Positions 58,089 to 64,000 of a stretch of 64,000 bases of DNA are shown one piece after another; position 1 is the first letter of the stretch; each line of letters starts with the position of its first letter. Below the pieces are notes generated by a model. It saw nothing but the letters and a program-made list of their open reading frames with translations. It was not told the origin of the DNA and made no database searches. Source of the stretch: Eledone cirrhosa (taxonomy: Eukaryota); NCBI GenBank assembly GCA_964016885.1, contig OZ024743.1, positions 312,604,001 through 312,668,000 on the forward strand, read 5' to 3'. The position numbers and the translations under genes were made by a program.

Positions 58089-58228
58089 CTGCAAAACCCT
58101 TCCTTGGTAAGATTCATTAAAAACTAATTGTTGCTGATATAGAGGATCTAATGTCCTCCTTGCAATAGTGGTCTTCTGCTTCTCTACTGTATGTTTGGCC
58201 TGGATTAAATAGACTTTCACATAGGGAG
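58089..58228 (-). CDS. RIMS: RIM C2B internal exon
   Basis: (A)PYVKVYLIQAKHTVEKQKTTIARRTLDPLYQQQLVFNESYQGRVLQ. Acceptor tttcAG, donor GTAAGA; phases 1 to 0 fit the neighbouring exons. Confidence 0.95.
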
Positions 58229-58883
58229 CTGAAATAGACACAACAATAGGATATAGATATGTTTCTTTATTAGCCACAGGGGCACAAAAGAAGGGGACAA
58301 TACAAAGGGGGAAGTTTACATACAATAAAAACGTGTAAAATACTATCACAAATGCAATTTAAAAATTAATCGATTTTCCCCCAATAGGGGGAGACATTAC
58401 ATATGGGTAACACATACCCCCCCCCCCAAAAAAAATGTGCAACCCTCATCTCCAGGAGTACGAAGAGTGAGTACCCCTTTCCTCTCTTCCTCTTTTTGCT
58501 CAACCTACAGGCTGATATAGAGAGATGTAGACAGACATATACATAGATAGATAGATAGACAGTCAGATAGATAGATAAACAGATAGATAGATAGTTACAT
58601 AGCATTGCTATACAAATATTTTCTATCTCCAGAGGATTATATGCACAACTTAGACTATTTTTCAGAGTCATAAATGTATGTTGAAGCTGCTAGTTTTAAA
58701 TTATTATGAAAATTCCATATATATAATAATAATAATAATAAATGTGAAGACTAAAATCCGAAGATGGCTCGATAAGGATTATACATATATATAAATCTGA
58801 AGAGCAAATATATATTATAAGTACAGATTAAAGTTTAAGGGGATCTTCTATATATCTATATCTATCTATATATATAAATTTTT

Positions 58884-59022
58884 AAAAAATTATCGCTCTA
58901 CATGGCTGAATACAATAAATGTAATCTCAGTTTTTTTAATATAAATAATAATAATAATAATAATATTTGAAAAACTCAGATTACATTTATTGTATCCAGC
59001 CATGTAGAATGATAATTTTTTA
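58884..59022. repeat. Short inverted repeat (~50-bp arms) in an intron
   Basis: aaaaaattatcgctctacatggctgaatacaataaatgtaatct mirrors agattacatttattgtatccagccatgtagaatgataatttttt. Confidence 0.75.
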
Positions 59023-59074
59023 TTTATTTATTTGAATATGGCAAAGCCAGCCATTAATCGTTTATATGCAGGAA

Positions 59075-59185
59075 ACTGACTGACCAGTCTACTGATATGC
59101 AAATCTGGCTGATCAGTGGATCTGCTAATATGCAGATCTGACTGATCAGCCAGTCTGCTAATATGCAAATCAGGCCGATCAGTCA
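59075..59185. repeat. 33-bp tandem repeat, ~3 copies
   Basis: Repeated CTGATCAG...TCTGCTAATATGCA.ATC. Confidence 0.7.
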
Positions 59186-59721
59186 CTGTATATTTTAGAA
59201 AATATATATTTTCATTAGCTCTGACAGTTGGTAGGTGAACAGTGAACTGCACTGATGAAGGGTAATATCCAGAAACTATAGTGGCCACAGTTCTGTTTAC
59301 ATGCCAACACAAGAGCAAGAATGAGGGGCTCATTCTACTGACATGGCTTTAAAAAAGAGGCTGTTTGCATAATATTATTATTAATATTCGAAAAACTCAG
59401 ATTACATTTATTATATATATATAAGCAGGGAAAAGCGGACGTAAAATGATGATGATGATGATGATGATGATGATATAAAACTTATGCCAAAATCTCGCTT
59501 ATATCCCCTACCCCCAATCGAGATTTTAGTTCAAGTTTAATATGTTTAATTACTTCTCTGAGTTGATATTTTATCTTTATATTCTATCCTTTTATTGAGA
59601 TGTCTAATTATTAATTGATAGATATATATATATATATATATGTCTGCTGACATCACAACAGGATGGTGACCAGAGACATATCCCTATGATTGCATAACTG
59701 CACCGATAATCAAATGGGTTT

Positions 59722-59764
59722 CTGATGAAGTCACATGCATAACGATGTAACAGAAATATATATC
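59722..59764 (+). ncRNA. Degenerate hammerhead-like motif (stem I lost)
   Basis: CTGATGA-a gtcacat...atgtaac a-GAAA-tatata-TC; the immediate flanks do not pair. Confidence 0.4.
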
Positions 59765-59824
59765 ATGCAATAAAGCAATTATGGTGGTGAAATAACCCCG
59801 TCTTAACTACTTTTAATATATATT

Positions 59825-59867
<43 letters not shown>

Positions 59868-60447
59868 CTGTGAGTGCATAGTGATCAGAATATTCAAAGG
59901 TTTGGAGTGAACTCAATTTGTGAAAAGAGTTGTAATTTGTATTTTATCATCTTTCACAATACTGGCATTAGCGACATGATTCCTTTAATAAACTGATTTG
60001 TTCCCAGTAGAAATGAGTTTATTGAAGAAAACATTGTTTAACCCTTTAGCATTCACATTACTCTATATATACTATTATATTTTCATGGTAAAGGCTTTAC
60101 CTCGCATAATTATCTGAAATAATATCGAATCTATGAGATTTTGAAAGTATTTATTTTGAGAACAATACCTTAACATCAGTTTGAGCGACCGGTTACAGCC
60201 AGTTTCAACAGAAAGAGGTAGAGAATTCTGGCCAGTTTGAACATTAAAGGGTTAATGCCAATTGTGGTAGATAATAAACACGCATGCATGCATATACAGA
60301 GTATACTAGGTGTATTTTATTATGGCACCTACACTAACCACATTTATCATGAGACCTATACTACCACTTTACAGAATATACTGGATACATTTTATCATGG
60401 GACCTACACTACCACTTTACAGAATGTACTGGGTACCTAGTGTACTG

Positions 60448-61668
60448 AGATTCTAGCACTAAGAAAGGATTGTTGAGGAGATAAGAAAATCCAACAGAGA
60501 AATTCTCTTTGAAATTCTCTCACTGCACGGCCTACCTACCAGGATTGTGGAAAAGATCAAGGTCCTTTATGAGAACACTAGTGCCATAATTATCACACCG
60601 GACAGCCTAATAGACTTCTTTGAAATCTTTGTAGGCATGTGGCAAGGTGACACACTTGCCCCCTTCCTATTTGTCATTGCTTTAAACCACATATGGACAA
60701 CCCTTTTCAAGCAGTGGCCGCATAGGATGTGGCTCATCATAAGGTGGGCCGCACTACTAAAAAATTCAAGGCAATATTACAATTAGGCGCCACTCAGAAA
60801 GCCAAATGGGCCGTATGCAGCTCGCAAGCTGCAGTTTGCTCATGACAGCTTCAGATTATGCCCTAAGACTTTCATTGGACACAATCAATGATAAAGGCAT
60901 AACATCAAACTTCAAAGGAGTTCCAGACACCCTCAACTTATCTCACAGATCTCGACTTTGCTGATATTTTTCTTCTAGCAGACTGCATGGGGAATTCCCA
61001 ACATCTCCTTATTTCATTTCATAAAGCAGCTGCCCTAACTGGCTTTCACCTTAATGAAGGCAAGATGGAATACATTTCTAATTATCTGAATTCATCCTCA
61101 AAACAAAAGATTACAATACTATCAAAAAGGTTTAAGTATCTTGGGTCCTAGATTCTGGGAAGGACTTTACCACTAGTAAAGCCCAAGCATAGTCACCCTG
61201 CAACAAGTTAGACCATGCCTGGTGCTCCAGTATTCCTAACTCTTCTAAGTCACAGTCCAGCCAATACTACTCTTTGGTAGTGAGATATGGACACTCTCAG
61301 CCAAACAACAACGATGTCTTGATGGAGCCTATAACACAACTTCTCAGATACTCTCAAAACATAAGCTGGAGGAAACACAAGACTCTCCAAGACATATATA
61401 ATGGTCTGTTGCATATAACTGATGTTGTACATAGGAGGGTGAGGTTTGCTGGCCATTGTCATTTGGCCTCAAATGAAGCTGTGTCTGCTTTGGTGTTTTC
61501 AAAACCTGCACCTGTTACAAGACAAAGGGGTTTCCACAAGCTCTCATGTCCAGATATATCCAAGGATGCTGATGTTCACATTCAGGACATACATTCTGCC
61601 ATGAGTGACAAATCCACATGGGGATCTATCATTGTGTCGATTTTGGTCGAGGCCGCAGGTTGATGATG
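60448..61668 (+). mobile_element. 5'-truncated degenerate RTE-like LINE with 9-bp TSD
   Basis: QGDTLAPFLFVIAL, DLDFAD, KYLGS, RFAGHC motifs. (TGA)n tail. TSD AGTGTACTG at 60439-60447 and 61669-61677. Confidence 0.82.
60688..60848. mobile_element. Possible hAT-type MITE nested in the LINE
   Basis: Interrupts VIAL|DYALR. Degenerate 8-bp TSD (CTTTAAAC / CTTCAGAT) and degenerate TIRs resembling CAGGCATGGGCAA. GGGCCGCA motifs. Confidence 0.5.
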
Positions 61669-62397
61669 AGTGTACTGGATACATTTTATCATGGCACCAA
61701 CACTACCACTTTACAGAGTGCAATTGGTACATTTTATCATGACACCAACACTACCACTTTACAGAGTGCAATTGGTACATTTTATCACTGTACCAACACT
61801 ACCACTTTACAGAGAGCAATTGGTACATTTTATCACTGTACCAACACTACCACTTTACAGAGTGCAATTGGTACATTTTATCATGGCATCAACACTACCA
61901 CTTTACAGAGTGCAATTGGTACATTTTATCACTGTACCAACACTACCACTTTACAGAGAGCAATTGGTACATTTTATCACTGTACCAACACTACCACTTT
62001 ACAGAGTGCAATTGGTACATTTTATCACTGTACCAACACTACCACTTTACAGAGAGCAATTGGTACATTTTATCACTGTACCAACACTACCACTTTACAG
62101 AGAGCAATTGGTACATTTTATCACTGTACCAACACTACCACTTTACAGAGAGCAATTGGTACATTTTATCACTGTACCAACACTACCACTTTACAGAGAG
62201 CAATTGGTACATTTTATCACTGTACCAACACTACCACTTTACAGAGAGCAATTGGTACATTTTATCACTGTACCAACACTACCACTTTACAGAGAGCAAT
62301 TGGTACATTTTATCACTGTACCAACACTACCACTTTACAGAGAGCAATTGGTACATTTTATCACTGTACCAACACTACCACTTTATAGACTGTACTG
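61669..62397. repeat. 48-bp minisatellite, ~15 copies; diverged copies at ~60295-60447
   Basis: Unit TTGGTACATTTTATCACTGTACCAACACTACCACTTTACAGAGAGCAA. Confidence 0.95.
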
Positions 62398-62440
62398 AAT
62401 GTATATACACAAAAATCAACAAGAAACAAACCAGACTTAC

Positions 62441-62637
62441 CAGGTAAAACTTTGGCACCAGGCTTAGCCATTAGGCCACGAGCTCTAATTACTTCAACTT
62501 CTAAGTGACCTTTTCGATCATAAAGACCAAGCTGAATTTCTCCCAGACATGGAGCCCCAAGTACCTGTCTCCCAACAAGTTGTGAAGGGCCCAAGCCTTC
62601 CACAAAGTCACCATAGTGGCTTGGAGGCAGCCACATT
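62441..62637 (-). CDS. RIMS: RIM exon preceding and starting the C2B domain
   Basis: DFVEGLGPSQLVGRQVLGAPCLGEIQLGLYDRKGHLEVEVIRARGLMAKPGAKVLP matches RIM GLGPAQLVGRQ...LEVEVIRAR. Acceptor ttgcAG, donor GTAAGT. Confidence 0.95.
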
Positions 62638-62681
62638 CTGCAACAAAAATACGCAACAAATTTAACAGGATATAAAATAAT

Positions 62682-62870
62682 TGTTTCTACTTTTGGCACA
62701 AGGCCAGCAATTACCCAGTGTATTACTGGTACTTCATTTTATCGACCCCATAAGGATGAAAGGCAAAGTTAACCTTGGCGGGCTTTGAACTCAGAATGGG
62801 AAGGGCCGTAACTCTATGCGTCAAAGCATGGCGTCCGACCCTCTACTGATACTGCCAATCCACCGCCCTT
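62682..62870 (-). mobile_element. tRNA-derived SINE with 14-bp TSD
   Basis: TSD GGATATAAAATAAT at 62668-62681 and 62871-62884. Same family as 23466-23650. Confidence 0.88.
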
Positions 62871-64000
62871 GGATATAAAATAATGAAACAGGATATAAAA
62901 TAATGAAAGGAATAAAGGGAATTACAAGATCAGAGCAAATAAACAATATTTTTATGGGTCTTTCCTATGCTGTTGGTCACAACACCTGGCAGAAAGAGAA
63001 AGGAAAGGAGTTGATCATCAGATTGGACCAAGAAAACAATGTGTTATTTGGGTCTTTGTATTTCTGATATTATCTGCTGGTCACAACTACTGGCAGAAGA
63101 GGCAACGAGAAATAAAGTATTTTGTTTGAAAAACTCAAAATGCTGCCTGGTCCAGGAATTAAACTCATGGCCTTATCATTAAAGGTTGCATATATGGCAT
63201 GTTAATGAAGAATTATCTCTAAAGAATAAGAAAAAGATGGAGATGATTATCTGTAAGAATGAGGCCTGCAATTTAAACTGGCTTCTTCAGTACATCTCAC
63301 TTGCCATCTTTGAAGTAATATATTCACCATTCTGTTGCTAAGTATGTAACAAGAACAATAAAATAGATATATTTATATAACTGGCTTCTTTCATTTATTC
63401 AAAGCATATCAATTTAACAACTATTAAGCTATTTCATAGCACCTCAGCGCATGAGCACACCTCTCTTGATATTAACTTTATCCCTAGGTGCTATGTGAAA
63501 GTCCAAGATATCAGCTACATATACACAATGTTTGTTGACTTTTAAAAGCTGTGATTCAGCTATCTAATTTAAGGTAGTAAGAGTTTCCACACTCCCTTAG
63601 ATTAATGGTCCAAGGCACTTGGCTGGTGTCTGGGAAGTGTGGAGTTTGATTCCTTGTGGCAGCTGATGGTAACTATTTTTTCTGTCTTTGAGGGCTTTTG
63701 CTCTGCATTGTAAGCTATTTTATAGTATCTCTGAGCATGAGCACACCTCCCTTTATAAATTTCTCAGTTCATGCGACTGTTCAAATATTCAGTAATTCTA
63801 GTATACATTGCATACCAATCCTGGACTCCAAAATATTAAATACATTCAATGCTCTTCCCATCATTATTGAAAGCATATAGAGTAGGGTTAGCAATGCCTC
63901 CATCCTTATGGGGTTGATAGAATAAAGTACCAGTAATGCACTAGGTTCAATTTAATCAACTTTCACCTTGCCCCCAAATGTTTGGCCTTGTGCCTAAATC

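Noticed and set aside
61618-62398. Thr-rich repeat ORFs (256 and 242 aa)
   Set aside because: Product of a 48-bp minisatellite inside a RIM intron, on the opposite strand.

Overview
AT-rich, repeat-dominated eukaryotic DNA. The SINE/RTE tails, huge degenerate (TA)n tracts and an RTE with C2H2 fingers suggest a coleoid cephalopod such as Octopus; this is inference. The only clear host gene is the last three coding exons of a RIM (Rab3-interacting molecule, C2B domain) gene on the minus strand (62637-62441, 58228-58089, 56908-56672). The rest comprises a ~50-bp satellite with internal inversions (1-3.7 kb), a near full-length RTE LINE with an inverted 5' part (4.4-8.4 kb), two 5'-truncated Penelope-like elements (PLEs; RT + GIY-YIG) with inverted pseudo-LTRs, CR1/RTE fragments, tRNA-type SINEs and minisatellites. 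The hundreds of 'YIYIYI' ORFs are microsatellite artefacts. The most striking hidden structure is more than a dozen minimal type-I hammerhead ribozyme motifs from many unrelated sequence families. Many lie in short fold-back (palindromic) PLE-like elements inserted into (TA)n. They have palindromic stem III, recurrent compensatory U3-A8 core variants and a recurrent U-U pair closing stem II. All folds were read by eye, not computed.
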